A stretch of 64,000 nt of DNA from an uncultured Alphaproteobacteria bacterium. GTDB lineage: Bacteria; Pseudomonadota; Alphaproteobacteria; Rs-D84. How positions within the stretch are numbered: position 1 is the stretch's first letter; every line of letters begins with the position of its first letter. Below are positions 31,471 through 43,400 of this stretch, piece after piece. The position numbers were made by a program, and so were the translations under genes. The notes under the pieces were generated by a model. The model did no database searches. It was not told the origin of the DNA and saw nothing but the letters and a program-made list of their open reading frames with translations. Where the stretch lies: the NCBI GenBank assembly GCA_905236005.1, contig CAJONJ010000039.1:2612-66611 (forward strand), read 5' to 3'.

Positions 31471-32616
31471 TTAAAACCCTTTAGATGATAATTGTTGGTC
31501 TTTGTGTATTTGTGCGTTTTGACATAAACCAAAACCAAACAGTAACGACATCAGGCTGCTGCCACCAAAAGACATTAACGGCAAAGGAACACCCACAGTC
31601 GGTAATAAACCTAAGACCATAGAGATATTTATAAAATAATAAATGAAAAAGTTCAACATAAAACCAAAACAAATTAACTGCCCAAACCTGTTTCTGCATT
31701 TTTTAGCAGACCAAAACAGTATTACAACAATAAAAGTGTATATCATTAACAACATAAATGCCCCTAAAAACCCAAATTCTTCACCCAACATAGTAAATAT
31801 AAAATCAGTCTGTTTTTCTGGTAAAAATGATTGTTGTGATTGTGTTCCAGACATATATCCTTTGCCCAGCATTCCACCAGACCCAAAGGCAATTTTAGCT
31901 TGGTTTATCTGATAACCTGCCCCACGTGAATCTTGTTCCGGATTTAAAAAAGTAATAATTCTGTCTCGTTGATAATTATGCATTGCACCATACCAGACAG
32001 CTGGTGCAGCCAGCAAACCTAATATAAACGCAATTAAAAACCATTTTTTGTTTGCACCAACTATGTAAAACATACCTATTGTAATCAATGCCAAAGAAAT
32101 TCCTGTGCCTAAATCAGGTTGTAAAAATATGAATATAAATGGAATTATCAACATCAAAACAGGTATTAAATAATTTTTAAATTGTGATAATTCAACAGAA
32201 TTTTTCCAAGCAAAATAGCGTGCCAAAGCTAATACAAGTGCGATTTTTATGAATTCAGATGGTTGAATATTTATAAACCCCAAAGATAACCATCTTTGTG
32301 CACCCATACCAACATTACCAATAAAAGTAACCAAAACTATTAAAACCAAAGCAATTCCATACCAAATGTAAGCTGATTTTATCCAAAATTTAATATTTGA
32401 AAAAGCAACAACAAAAAACACCACCATACAAAAAATTATTTTCAGTAACTGTGATGTTGCAAATGGAAACCATGAACCACCACCAGCACTGAATAAAACC
32501 ACCAAAGATAAAATCAAAACAACACACATTGGTATAAACAAAGACCATGAAAAACGTGACAGTTTTTCACCAAAATTCATCATATTTGCATTAGAGACAC
32601 GTGTTGTTGCTGCCAT
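31471..32616 (-). CDS. mrdB: SEDS-family peptidoglycan glycosyltransferase RodA
   Basis: 10-TM FtsW/RodA architecture. Located immediately downstream of PBP2 and mreCD. Confidence 0.8.
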   Translation of the reverse strand: MAATTRVSNANMMNFGEKLSRFSWSLFIPMCVVLILSLVVLFSAGGGSWFPFATSQLLKIIFCMVVFFVVAFSNIKFWIKSAYIWYGIALVLIVLVTFIGNVGMGAQRWLSLGFINIQPSEFIKIALVLALARYFAWKNSVELSQFKNYLIPVLMLIIPFIFIFLQPDLGTGISLALITIGMFYIVGANKKWFLIAFILGLLAAPAVWYGAMHNYQRDRIITFLNPEQDSRGAGYQINQAKIAFGSGGMLGKGYMSGTQSQQSFLPEKQTDFIFTMLGEEFGFLGAFMLLMIYTFIVVILFWSAKKCRNRFGQLICFGFMLNFFIYYFINISMVLGLLPTVGVPLPLMSFGGSSLMSLLFGFGLCQNAQIHKDQQLSSKGF

Positions 32617-32617
32617 T

Positions 32618-34396
32618 TTATTTTAATAATTCCTTTAATATTGTTGCTGTTGCTTTTGCAGCCGGTGAAGATCCACCAGCATGTTCCATAATTACGCATA
32701 CGGCGTATTTTGGGGCGTTTGTGGGTGCATATCCGACAAATAATCCATGATTACGCAAATTCCATTTTAATTGTTCCGTGGTTAAAACACCATGTTGTCT
32801 TTCTGTTTTAGAAATATTTCTGACTTGTGATGTTCCTGTCTTTCCACCCATTTTTTTACCATCTATATTGATTGCACTGCCGGCAGCTGTGCCACCCTTT
32901 TTTGTTACTTGTTCCAGACCATTTAATACATATTGAATATTCTTTTCTTGAATTCCTAAATTTTTAAACGTTTGTTTTTTATCAGAATATATCAGACGTG
33001 GAATAACAACTTTATTAGATGCTACACGTGCCATCATAACAGCTAACTGTAAACAATTAGTTAAAATAAATCCCTGACCAATTCCAGAAATAATAGTATC
33101 ACCATGTACCCAATAAGAACCTATATTTTTTTCTTTCCATCGTCTGTTCGGCATAATTCCAGGCATTTCATTAACCAGAATATCGTCCATATATTTTTGA
33201 TTTAATCCCAATTTCAAAGCCATTGCTTTAATAGCATCAATACCAATACGCAAAGCAATCTGGTAAAAATATATGTCGCATGAATGTTTCAAAGCACCGA
33301 TTAAATCAACCCAACCATGCCCGTCTTTTTCCCAACAATGGTATTTATGATTACCATATTCCCAAAACCCTGGACAAAATATTTTTTCATTTGGTGTAAT
33401 AGCACCACTTTCCAAAGCTGCCAAAGCAACAACAATTTTAAATGTTGATCCAGGTGGATATAAACCTTCTATTGCTTTGTTCATAAACGGTTTAGCTACA
33501 TCAGTTAACAACGAAGAAATATATTCTTCACCGTCATCAGTTTTAAAATTATTTGGATCAAAACTTGGGGTAGAAGCCATCGCTAAGATATCACCAGTTT
33601 CTATATCCAATACAACGCCGCAACCAGCACGATTCAAAGCTAGTGCATCATATAAAACTTTTTGAACATTTTCTTTGATAGTCAGTTTTATATCAGAACC
33701 ATATTGTGGTTGAATAAATTGTGATTTATCTTCACCTGTGATACGCCCAACAGCATTTGTAATTAATACAGTTTGTCCTGATTTACCAGATAAATCTTTA
33801 TTAAATTTTTTTTCCAGTCCAGTTATACCAGTTGTAAAAAATGGTGCATTAGGTAATGGTTTTTTAGGTACACCAACATATCCGAATATTTGTGCCCCAG
33901 CTGGCCCCATTTTATATATACGTGAAAAACCGGTGCTGATATGAATTCCTGGTATGTTTTTTGCTGCCAATTTTGCCAATGTATCCCAATTAGAGCTTTC
34001 ACTTATAAGAACAGGTTGAAAAGCTTGCTGTTTTTTTATATTTCGCCAAATTCTATCCACAGTTTTTTTACGTAATTTTAAATCTTTTGTAACAATATCA
34101 ATCAACGATTGTATATCATCAGTTTCTTCTGGAATAATATATATTCTGTATACAGAAATATCTTTGGAAATTGGTGAACCAGATTCTGATAAAATACTGC
34201 CACGTTTTGGCATAGTTATTTGAACACGAAAAGAATTGTTTTCACTTTTTCTGGTATATTCTTTGTATTCAAAAACCTGCATTTGCAACATTCGTAATAC
34301 TAATACAGAAGTCAAAATTGCACCACCTGTTAAAAACAAAGCACTGCGTCTGTCAAAAGTACGTGCAACTTCTGTATCTATCATTTTTTTACCCAT
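32618..34396 (-). CDS. mrdA: penicillin-binding protein 2 (elongasome transpeptidase)
   Basis: N-terminal anchor. STFK, SxN and KTGT transpeptidase motifs. 592 aa. Sits in the mreC-mreD-mrdA-rodA gene order. Confidence 0.85.
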   Translation of the reverse strand: MGKKMIDTEVARTFDRRSALFLTGGAILTSVLVLRMLQMQVFEYKEYTRKSENNSFRVQITMPKRGSILSESGSPISKDISVYRIYIIPEETDDIQSLIDIVTKDLKLRKKTVDRIWRNIKKQQAFQPVLISESSNWDTLAKLAAKNIPGIHISTGFSRIYKMGPAGAQIFGYVGVPKKPLPNAPFFTTGITGLEKKFNKDLSGKSGQTVLITNAVGRITGEDKSQFIQPQYGSDIKLTIKENVQKVLYDALALNRAGCGVVLDIETGDILAMASTPSFDPNNFKTDDGEEYISSLLTDVAKPFMNKAIEGLYPPGSTFKIVVALAALESGAITPNEKIFCPGFWEYGNHKYHCWEKDGHGWVDLIGALKHSCDIYFYQIALRIGIDAIKAMALKLGLNQKYMDDILVNEMPGIMPNRRWKEKNIGSYWVHGDTIISGIGQGFILTNCLQLAVMMARVASNKVVIPRLIYSDKKQTFKNLGIQEKNIQYVLNGLEQVTKKGGTAAGSAINIDGKKMGGKTGTSQVRNISKTERQHGVLTTEQLKWNLRNHGLFVGYAPTNAPKYAVCVIMEHAGGSSPAAKATATILKELLK

Positions 34397-34833
34397 TTAT
34401 CTGAGGCTGTTATTGGTGTATATAAGACACTTAACCAAACAAACAACCAAATGTTATTTATAAAACTGATCCATGTCCAACCAGAAAATATTAAAATTAA
34501 AAGTCCCAGCCCGATAAACAGCATAAATAAATACAAAGAATTATTTTCAAAATGTGTTGCATCAATATAATTCTGAAAACCATTTACCGCATAAAATAAA
34601 CAAAATAAACTGGTCCAAAACAAAGGTAAATTACATCTGTAATCTATCAAAAAACAAAATAATAAACCGAACAAAACAAACCAATTTATCGGGCGAACAA
34701 AAGTATAATAAAATACAGGTATCAAAGCCAATATTCCAGCCGGATTCCACCAAGGTATAGATAATCGCCACAAAAATACCGTTATTAGAAACGGAAAAGA
34801 TTTATGAAAAAAACGAACAAAATCGTTAATCAT
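34381..34833 (-). CDS. mreD: rod shape-determining protein MreD
   Basis: 150-aa polytopic membrane protein between mreC and mrdA. Confidence 0.55.
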   Translation of the reverse strand: MINDFVRFFHKSFPFLITVFLWRLSIPWWNPAGILALIPVFYYTFVRPINWFVLFGLLFCFLIDYRCNLPLFWTSLFCLFYAVNGFQNYIDATHFENNSLYLFMLFIGLGLLILIFSGWTWISFINNIWLFVWLSVLYTPITASDKWVKK

Positions 34834-35687
34834 TTATACGAATCCATATTATTGTGTTTTAATACCATAACACGAGATACTTGATTAGGACGTAATACAT
34901 CAACATGTTTATCGTCAATCATATTTCCGATATAAATACCAGCAGGTAAAATTCCACTAATATTACTGGTTATAACTTTTAATCCAGCATGACCAACAAA
35001 CGCAGGATTACTGAAAAAACCAATAAATGATTTATTTTTACCATTTCCTTGTAAAAAACCAGAAATATCAGTTCCTGAAATTCTGACAGCTAAATTTGTA
35101 TCTGCATCTGTCAGGGCACGTACACGGCAAAACACAGAACCACAATCAATAATTGTTCCAATTAACCTGTTATCAAAAGACACAACAACCATACCGTGTT
35201 CTAAATCAGATTTTTTGCCACGATTTATTAAAAATGTTGTGTGATGAAACGCAGAATCATCAAATTGGATGTCTGCGATGACTGTCTTGAACGGAGAAGC
35301 ACGTTTTATATCCATCTCTTGTTCCAGTTTTTTATTTTCATCTATGGCAATTTCACATTGATGTTGGTTAGACAAAGCCATATCTAGACGTGCACGCAAT
35401 TCTTCGTTTTCAGCCCGTAACAAAGATGTTTCACGAATCCATGTAACACTTTGCCCAATAACATGAACAGGCCATGTAATAACATCTCCGACCCAATGTG
35501 CAACAGGTAACACAATATGAGCCAATCCGTTCATAATCGTATAATCAGGCTTTGCAACCATAATATATATTATAAATATAGGTAAAGCCGCCGCCGCTAA
35601 AACGGATTTTAACATTTTTGTCAGTTTATAAGATAACTTATCCTTGGTCATACTAAACACTTTAAACGCAAAAAAACCAATATTCAA
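34830..35687 (-). CDS. mreC: rod shape-determining protein MreC
   Basis: N-terminal TM, coiled coil, and beta-rich C-domain. 285 aa. Confidence 0.7.
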   Translation of the reverse strand: MNIGFFAFKVFSMTKDKLSYKLTKMLKSVLAAAALPIFIIYIMVAKPDYTIMNGLAHIVLPVAHWVGDVITWPVHVIGQSVTWIRETSLLRAENEELRARLDMALSNQHQCEIAIDENKKLEQEMDIKRASPFKTVIADIQFDDSAFHHTTFLINRGKKSDLEHGMVVVSFDNRLIGTIIDCGSVFCRVRALTDADTNLAVRISGTDISGFLQGNGKNKSFIGFFSNPAFVGHAGLKVITSNISGILPAGIYIGNMIDDKHVDVLRPNQVSRVMVLKHNNMDSYK

Positions 35688-35777
35688 TAAAAACTTGATT
35701 TTTCGTTTTTATCTGTCAAAATAAAGGACGACCGACATGGCAAGGCATTGCCACGAGGATAAAAAAAAGGATATAAA

Positions 35778-35981
35778 ATGCCAAAAATGAAAACAAAATC
35801 ATATATGAAAAAACGTGCGTCCATGACTGCAACTGGTAAGATCCGTGTTGCAAGAAATGCCCACAAAAAACGTCTTATGCACCAATCTAAACGTGCAAAT
35901 AAAGCTGGGGCAAAACCACAGTATTTGAACAAGAACATGATGGGTCAGGCAAAAATCTTGGCTCCATATGGATTAGATTAA
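35778..35981 (+). CDS. rpmI: 50S ribosomal protein bL35
   Basis: MPKMKTKSYMKKRASMTATGKIRVARNAHKKRLM... Confidence 0.85.
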   Translation: MPKMKTKSYMKKRASMTATGKIRVARNAHKKRLMHQSKRANKAGAKPQYLNKNMMGQAKILAPYGLD

Positions 35982-35992
35982 GGGGGCATATT

Positions 35993-36361
35993 ATGGCAAG
36001 GGTAAAACGTGGAACAACCGTAAAACAAAAACACAAAAAGATACTTGACAGAGCAAAAGGATATTTGGCTCGTCATCATTCTACTTATCGTGCTGCTCGT
36101 GAAAAAACTGAAAAAGCAGGTCAGTATGCATACCGTGATCGTCGTCAAAAGAAACGTGATTTTCGTTCAATATGGATTGTCCGTATTAATGCTGCTGTTC
36201 GTCCAAACGGTTTAACATACAGCCAGTTCATGAATGGTTTGAAGAAAGCAGGTATTGCTTTGGACCGCAAAGTATTGGCCCAAATGGCATATGATGCTGA
36301 TAAAAACTTCAATACATTGATTGAAACTGCAAAACGATTTATTTCCGCTTCAGCTAAATAA
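35993..36361 (+). CDS. rplT: 50S ribosomal protein bL20
   Basis: MARVKRGTTVKQKHKKILDRAKGY...RDRRQKKRDFRSIWIVRINAA. Confidence 0.9.
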   Translation: MARVKRGTTVKQKHKKILDRAKGYLARHHSTYRAAREKTEKAGQYAYRDRRQKKRDFRSIWIVRINAAVRPNGLTYSQFMNGLKKAGIALDRKVLAQMAYDADKNFNTLIETAKRFISASAK

Positions 36362-36438
36362 CTCTTGGCGGCGGGGTTTTGTTTTGTAATAATAAGGCCG
36401 TAGATATACGGTCTTGTTTTTTTATAACGGGGAATACA

Positions 36439-37380
36439 ATGAAAGATAAAATTAAAAATATTGGTTCATTAGAAGATTTACAGGCATTATATACCGAAAT
36501 ATTTGGTAAAAATGGCACTATGACCCAAAAATTAAAAAATATGGCAAATTTAACAAACGAAGAACGAACAGTTATTAACGCGGAAAACGCAGAATTACGT
36601 CAATTGTTCAAAGACAAACAAAATGAATTAGAATTGGCGGCGTTGAATGCTAAATTGGCGACTGAAAAAATAGATGTTACTTTAGATGTTGAACCCAAAA
36701 ATCGTGGAACAATACATCCGCTGACACAAGCATTAAAAGAAATTTCATCTATTGCACAATCTTTGGGATATACATTGATGACTGGACCAGAAATAGAAGA
36801 TGATTGGCATAATTTTACTGCTTTAAATACGCCAGAATATCATCCCGCTCGTGATATGCAAGATACTTTCTTTTTAGAAAATGGTAATGTAATGCGGACA
36901 CAGACATCTGCAGTTCAGATTCGTGCGATGGAAAAATATGGCACACCAATAAAAATGTTTTTTATTGGGCCAACATATCGCAAAGAAATGAATGCTACTC
37001 ATACCCCAATGTTTCATCAAATAGAAGGTTTATGTGTTGATAAAAACGTTACCATAGCAGATTTACTTGGTACTTTGCGGACAATTTTATCAAAGTTTTT
37101 TGAAAAGGACATAGAAATGCGTGTTCGTCCTTCGTATTTTCCGTTTACAGAACCGTCTGTTGAAATAGATATGAAATGGGGTGACAAATGGCTTGAATTA
37201 CTAGGTGGCGGTATAGTGCACCCAAATGTTTTGCGTAATTGTGGTATTGACCCAGAACAATATCAGGGCTTTGCTTTTGGTCTTGGATGGGACAGATTAG
37301 CAATGTTGAAATATGGCTTGAACGATTTGCGTGCTTTTTATGATGGCGATATCAGATGGCTGAAAAACAGTGGTTTTTAA
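36439..37380 (+). CDS. pheS: phenylalanine--tRNA ligase alpha subunit
   Basis: Class II motifs (FPFTEPS, GLGWDRLAML). The track ORF starts at 36379, but the ATG at 36439 (MKDKIKN) follows a terminator-like hairpin and is preferred. Confidence 0.85.
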   Translation: MKDKIKNIGSLEDLQALYTEIFGKNGTMTQKLKNMANLTNEERTVINAENAELRQLFKDKQNELELAALNAKLATEKIDVTLDVEPKNRGTIHPLTQALKEISSIAQSLGYTLMTGPEIEDDWHNFTALNTPEYHPARDMQDTFFLENGNVMRTQTSAVQIRAMEKYGTPIKMFFIGPTYRKEMNATHTPMFHQIEGLCVDKNVTIADLLGTLRTILSKFFEKDIEMRVRPSYFPFTEPSVEIDMKWGDKWLELLGGGIVHPNVLRNCGIDPEQYQGFAFGLGWDRLAMLKYGLNDLRAFYDGDIRWLKNSGF

Positions 37381-37394
37381 TAAGGGGGTAAAAA

Positions 37395-39716
37395 ATGAAA
37401 TGGTCTTATGAATGGTTAAAACAATATTTGAAAACAGATTTAACCCCACAGCAAATTGCTGATAAATTGACATCTATTGGACTGGAAGTTGAAGATTTGG
37501 AAACACCTGTTTTGCCGATTGCTGCAAAAATTGTTGAATGTGTTGCACACCCAGACAGTGATCATTTACATATATTACAGGTTGATGATGGTTCTGGAAA
37601 ATTACGTCAGATTGTATGTGGTGCACCAAACGCACGTGTTGGATTGGTTTCTGCGTTGGCATTACCTGGTTGCAAAATCGGTGATACAATCATTCAAAAT
37701 GGTAAATTACGTGGTGTTGAATCCAAAGGCATGATGTGCAGTGGTAAAGAACTTGGTATCAATGATGACCACAGTGGTATTATAGAATTAGATGAAAAAC
37801 AAGAAACAATCGGTCAAACAATATCTGCTTTGGCTGATTCTGCATCTGCGATAATAGAAACTTCAATAACACCAAACCGTCCTGATTATTTGGCTGTGCG
37901 TGGAATTGCACTGGATTTAAGTGCGTCCGGCATTGGTGAATATGTTGAAGATAAAATCAAAGAACTTGATTTAGTTCCGGGCAAAAGAAAGGTTAATTTA
38001 TTAGCACCAGAGACATGTCCAACATATAGATTCTGTGAAATACACGGAATTAAAAATGCTCCGTCAAACGGTATAATTCAAAGACGTTTACGTAGTGCCG
38101 GGATAAATCCAAAAAATGCACCGATAGACGCTACTAATTACATTTGTTATGATATGGCACAACCTATGCATTGCTTTGATGCAGATAAAATTGTAGGTGA
38201 TATTACTGTGCGTATGGCAAAAGATGGTGAAAAATTCACAGATTTGTTTGGAACCGAACATACATTAAATGAAAAAGATTTGGTGATTTGTGATGATGCA
38301 GGAATACTTGCTTTGGCTGGTGTTGTTGGTGGCGACAGGGCTTCTACAACAAATGACACGAAAAATATTATTTTGGAATCCGCATATTTTAATCCTGTAT
38401 CAATTCGTAAATCGTCAAAGAAAATTGGTTTGTCCACCGATTCTTCATACAGATATGAACGTGGTATAGATCCGAATTTGTCGGCCAAAGCATTAGCGTA
38501 TGCAGCAAAAATTATAATGGATACATGTAGTGGTAAAATCGTCAATGTTTCTGTTGCTGGTCGTGCATCCTATACACCAGAATCTGTGCGTTATAACCCA
38601 TCGTTGTTTGAACAAAAAACAGGTATCAAGCTTGATGAAGAAACACAAAGAAAGATTTTAACTGATTTACATTATGATATTAAAAATACTAAAAACGGCG
38701 ATTGGATGGTGACACCTATTCCATCACGTGTTGATGTTGTTATCCCAGAAAATATAGTTTCTGATTTAATACGTATGTATGGTTATGATAAAATCGGTTT
38801 GAATTATGTTTCTGAAAATAATACGACAAAAATAAACAATGATATAAACATATCGTTAAAAGAAAAATTAGCAGGACTCGGCTTAAATGAATCTGTTTCA
38901 TTTGGTTTAGGAAACAGTAAAATTGAACAAATTTTGACAGATAAACCTGTTATTAAAATTGCAAATCCTATTGTCATAGATTTGGATACAGCACGTAATA
39001 ATTTATTGGAAAATCTGTTAATTGCTGTTGAAAAAAATGAAAGTCGTGGTTTTATGGACATAAATATATTTGAACAAGGAACTGTTTTTGATGGTGATAA
39101 ACCTGGTGAACAACATACATCTGTTTGTATAATTCGGACAGGTTCTACATCACCAAAACATTGGCAGAAACGTAATCGCCAGGTTGATATATTTGATGTC
39201 AAGGCTGATTTAGTATCATTGCTGGGGGCACAAAAATACACAATTGATACTGCAAATGCACCACGTTGGGCACACCCATACAGATATGGTGCGATTGTTC
39301 AAGGTAAAAAGGTTTTGGCACAATTTGGACAATTACATCCGTCAATTGCTAAACAAATGCGTATTAAAAGTAATGTGTATATTGGCTTGGTTGAAGATAT
39401 TGAAAATCTGCCAAAAAATCCAAAACATAAAAAAATACCAATGACTGATTTTATGCCGATAACACGTGATTTTGCGTTTGTCGTTGATGATAATTTTGAA
39501 TCTCAGAAAATGGTGTCGGTTGCATTAGCTTCTGACCCAAGAATTTCTGATATTGTTATATTTGATTCGTTTGATATGGGTGATGGAAAAAAATCTGTGG
39601 CTTTCACAATCACAATTTATCCAGAACAAAATATGAACGATGAAGAATTATTAAAGATTCAAGATGCGATTATCAAAAATGTTGAATCAAAATGCGGTGC
39701 AAAATTGCGTGCATAA
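37395..39716 (+). CDS. pheT: phenylalanine--tRNA ligase beta subunit
   Basis: 773 aa. N-terminal tRNA-binding domain, B3/B4, B5 and FDX anticodon-binding C-terminus. Confidence 0.9.
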   Translation: MKWSYEWLKQYLKTDLTPQQIADKLTSIGLEVEDLETPVLPIAAKIVECVAHPDSDHLHILQVDDGSGKLRQIVCGAPNARVGLVSALALPGCKIGDTIIQNGKLRGVESKGMMCSGKELGINDDHSGIIELDEKQETIGQTISALADSASAIIETSITPNRPDYLAVRGIALDLSASGIGEYVEDKIKELDLVPGKRKVNLLAPETCPTYRFCEIHGIKNAPSNGIIQRRLRSAGINPKNAPIDATNYICYDMAQPMHCFDADKIVGDITVRMAKDGEKFTDLFGTEHTLNEKDLVICDDAGILALAGVVGGDRASTTNDTKNIILESAYFNPVSIRKSSKKIGLSTDSSYRYERGIDPNLSAKALAYAAKIIMDTCSGKIVNVSVAGRASYTPESVRYNPSLFEQKTGIKLDEETQRKILTDLHYDIKNTKNGDWMVTPIPSRVDVVIPENIVSDLIRMYGYDKIGLNYVSENNTTKINNDINISLKEKLAGLGLNESVSFGLGNSKIEQILTDKPVIKIANPIVIDLDTARNNLLENLLIAVEKNESRGFMDINIFEQGTVFDGDKPGEQHTSVCIIRTGSTSPKHWQKRNRQVDIFDVKADLVSLLGAQKYTIDTANAPRWAHPYRYGAIVQGKKVLAQFGQLHPSIAKQMRIKSNVYIGLVEDIENLPKNPKHKKIPMTDFMPITRDFAFVVDDNFESQKMVSVALASDPRISDIVIFDSFDMGDGKKSVAFTITIYPEQNMNDEELLKIQDAIIKNVESKCGAKLRA

Positions 39717-39729
39717 ATGGTTTGAAAAA

Positions 39730-39754
39730 TGTTAAAAAACACCGGCATTTGCCG
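39730..39754. terminator. bidirectional terminator CACCGGCATTTGCCGGTG plus T-run
   Basis: Lies between convergent pheT and nth. Member of the recurrent CCGGCAAATGCCGG hairpin family. Confidence 0.65.
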
Positions 39755-39761
39755 GTGTTTT

Positions 39762-40436
39762 TTATATGTTTTTATCGGTTGAATTACACCATTTTGCAAC
39801 TGGGCAATTTATACATCTGGGTTTTATTGCTTTGCATGTATAACGTCCATGTAAAACCATAACATGATTTACCATTTCATGATATTTTGCTGGAATATAT
39901 TTTAATAATTTTTCTTCTACTTTTTCTGGTGTGTTATCGTTTTCGTTAACCCAGTTAAAACGATGTGATAATCTAAAAACATGTGTGTCTACGCCGATGT
40001 TTGGTGCGTGCCACAAAACGTTCATAATTACATTTGCGGTCTTTTGACCAACACCAGACAATTTCATCAATTCATCACGGTTATGATATTTGTTCGGAAA
40101 ATGATAATTTATATCGTTACTGTTTTTATCAAGTATTTGTTCTGATAATTTAATAATGTTTTCTGCTTTGTTATTAAAAAAAGAAATAACCCGAATATGT
40201 TTTTTTAAACCATCAGTTCCCAGTTTTAACATTTTATCTGGTGTTGGTGCAATTTTGAAAAGTTCGGGTGTTACTTCGTTTACTTTTTTATCGGTTGCTT
40301 GGGCTGATAAAATCACAGCCACAGCAAAAGTAAATTCATTTATCGCATATAACTCTGACCGAATATCCATATTTAATGTTGGACAAACATTTGTAAAATA
40401 GATATCCGGTGTCAAAGTTATGTTTTTTGTTTTCAT
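39762..40436 (-). CDS. nth: endonuclease III
   Basis: HhH-GPD motif (LSGVGQKTANVIM) and a 4Fe-4S cluster loop CxxxxxxCxxCxxxxxC at the C-terminus. Confidence 0.85.
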   Translation of the reverse strand: MKTKNITLTPDIYFTNVCPTLNMDIRSELYAINEFTFAVAVILSAQATDKKVNEVTPELFKIAPTPDKMLKLGTDGLKKHIRVISFFNNKAENIIKLSEQILDKNSNDINYHFPNKYHNRDELMKLSGVGQKTANVIMNVLWHAPNIGVDTHVFRLSHRFNWVNENDNTPEKVEEKLLKYIPAKYHEMVNHVMVLHGRYTCKAIKPRCINCPVAKWCNSTDKNI

Positions 40437-43400
40437 TATGCTTTTTTAATATTGATTGATAAATTATAGCCTTCTATTTCAGTAGAAAATTGATTAGCTT
40501 CACCAAATTCCATTTCAACAATCAAAGCATCGTGCATAATACGTTTTTTGTGTGTTTCAATCGCATTGTGCATAGCTATTTCTGTATTGTATGTCAGTTT
40601 AATTCTGTCAGATACATCTAAATTTGCTGCTTTTCTTGAATCTTGGATGAAACGCAAAGCATCGTTTACCAGTCCTTCTGCAATAAGTTCTGCATTTGTT
40701 TCTGTATTCAAAACAACAACAGCTGTGTTATCTGGCAAAGCAATACCAGTTACATCATTTTTAACAGTCAAACGGTTTTCAAATTCATCACTGTTCAAAG
40801 TATATTCACCAACAATCAATTCGTCGCCTTTGATTTCATAATCGCCACGTTTAACAGCTGGGATTATATCTTTCAAAGCACCACCAAGGCGTGCCCCAAT
40901 TTTTGGTGTTATTAAATATACAAATGAATCTGCAACGTTATGAATATCTTTTGTAAACTTAACATGTTTTACATTTAATTCATCTTTGATAATATCGGCA
41001 TATTCAGGCATATTAACACCAGCGATTGTGACATCTAGTAACGGCAGACGATTACGCAATTTATATTGTTCACGTAATTGTTTTCCGACAGACACAATCA
41101 TCTGAACACGACGCATATCATTAACGATTTGTTCATCTGTATTTGTTGCCTTTGGCCAATTCTGTAAATGAACAGATTCTTCACCAGTTAAATTCTTGAA
41201 TATATATTCGGAAATAAATGGTGCAAAAGGTGCTAAACAAGTGCAGAATGTTTTCAACACATAATGCAATGTTTCAAACGCACTTTCATCTTCGTCCCAG
41301 AATCTGTCACGATTACGACGAATATACCAATTATTTAACACATCTAAGAACCGAACAAATTCTTTAACAGCAATATCTGATCTATAATCTTCTAATGCGT
41401 TTGTCGTTATTTTTACCAATTCATTTAGTTCAGATAAAATATATTTATCTAATAAATTGTCAGAATTTGGTTCTTTCTTTACGGTGATATTCGCTGCGTT
41501 TGCATATAATGTAAAGAAATGATACGCATTCCAAAGCGGTGTTAAAATAGTTTTTATTGTATCGTTAAATACTTTACCGTCTTTGTCTACACCAACTGGT
41601 TCAGCTTTCATAAAATTGCTGCCTTGGATAAACAAACGTATAGCATCTGCGCCGTATGTTTCCATCTGTTCAGTCGGATCAACGTAATTTTTTAATGATT
41701 TAGAAAATTTACGTTTTTGTTCATCACAGATAATTCCATTACAAGAAACAACTTTGAATGCTGGTTTATCAAACAAAGCAACCGCCATTACCATTAAACC
41801 ATAAAACCAACCACGTGTTTGTTCGTTTGCTTCAAAAACATAATCTGCTGGGAAAACCTTTTCAAATTTATCTTGGTTTTCAAACGGATAATGCAAATGT
41901 GCAAATGGCATAGAACCACTTTCAAACCAACAGTCTAAAACGTCAGGTATTCTGTGCCAACCGTCTTTTGTTAATTTATCAAGTGTTGGACGATGCAAAT
42001 CATCAATTTTGACGCCAAAGAAATCTTCTATTTCTTTGATAGAACCAAACACTTTATATTCGCCATCTTTTTCCCAAATTGGTAATGGAACACCCCAGAA
42101 TCTGTTTCTGGTAATACCCCATTCACGAGCATTTTCAATCCATGCCATAAAACGATTACCGGCAGATGTCCATTTAGTTTGAGTTTTTGTGATTTCGACC
42201 AATCTGTTGCGGATTTTTGGAACATCAACATACCATGCATCAGTAGCACGTTGAATCAGTTTTTCCTTGCTGCGTGGACCATATGGATAACTGTGTTTAT
42301 GTTGTTCTTTTTTAACCAAAATACCATTTTGTTTTAACCAATCTATGACCTTTGGATTAGCGTCAAATATATTTTCGCCAGCCCAATCTTTCACAGTATT
42401 ATCAAAATTACCATAATCGTCCACATTCAAAATCACAGGAAATTTTGAATTTAATGCTTTGGCTGCAAAATAGTCTTCTTCACCAAATGCAGGTGCAATA
42501 TGAACGATACCTGTTCCATCACCATCACTGACATAATCAGCGGATATGATTTGATGTAACAATGGGCTTTGATTTTCATAATAATTAAATATAGGTTTAT
42601 AATGCAATCCAACCAATTCTGAACCCATAATTTCGCCAACTTTTTCAGAACCAGCAAAGATTTTTTCATATTCTTTTAATCTGGTTTCAGCCAAAACATA
42701 AACATGTCCGTCTTCGTGTTTCATGCGTACATATTTCATGTTTGGGTTTACAGCCAAAGCAGAATTCGCAGGTAATGTCCATGGTGTTGTTGTCCATGCG
42801 ATTGCCCTGTCCCCATTTTCTAATTCAAACCAAACAGTTACAGTATCGTCAACAACATCACGATAATCTTCGCTGGCTTCACTGTTTGATAAAACTGTTC
42901 CCAGTTTCCAATCATATGGATTTACTTTGAAATCTTTATAAAGTAAACCTTTGTCATATAATTGTTTTAATCCCCATATAACAGATTCCATATAGGTTTT
43001 ATCCATTGTACGGTAACCGTAACCGTCACCCATATCAACCCAACGACCAATACGTTCAATAAAACGCAACCATTCTGTTGAATATTTCATAACACCGGCT
43101 TGGCACATATCACAAAAAGCACCGATGCCCTGTTCTGCAACAATGTTTTTGGCACTTTTACCAGTTTCGTTTTCAACTGCTATTTCTGCTGGTAATCCAT
43201 GGCAATCCCAACCAAGCTCACGTTCAACATGTCTGCCACACATAGTTTTATAACGTGAAACCATATCTTTGATACTTGATACACCCAAATGTCCCCAATG
43301 AGGTAACCCATTTGCAAACGGTGGGCCGTCATAGAAATTAAATGGTTCACCCATCTTTGTTTTATTCAAAGATTTATGGAACGTATCGTTTTCACGCCAA

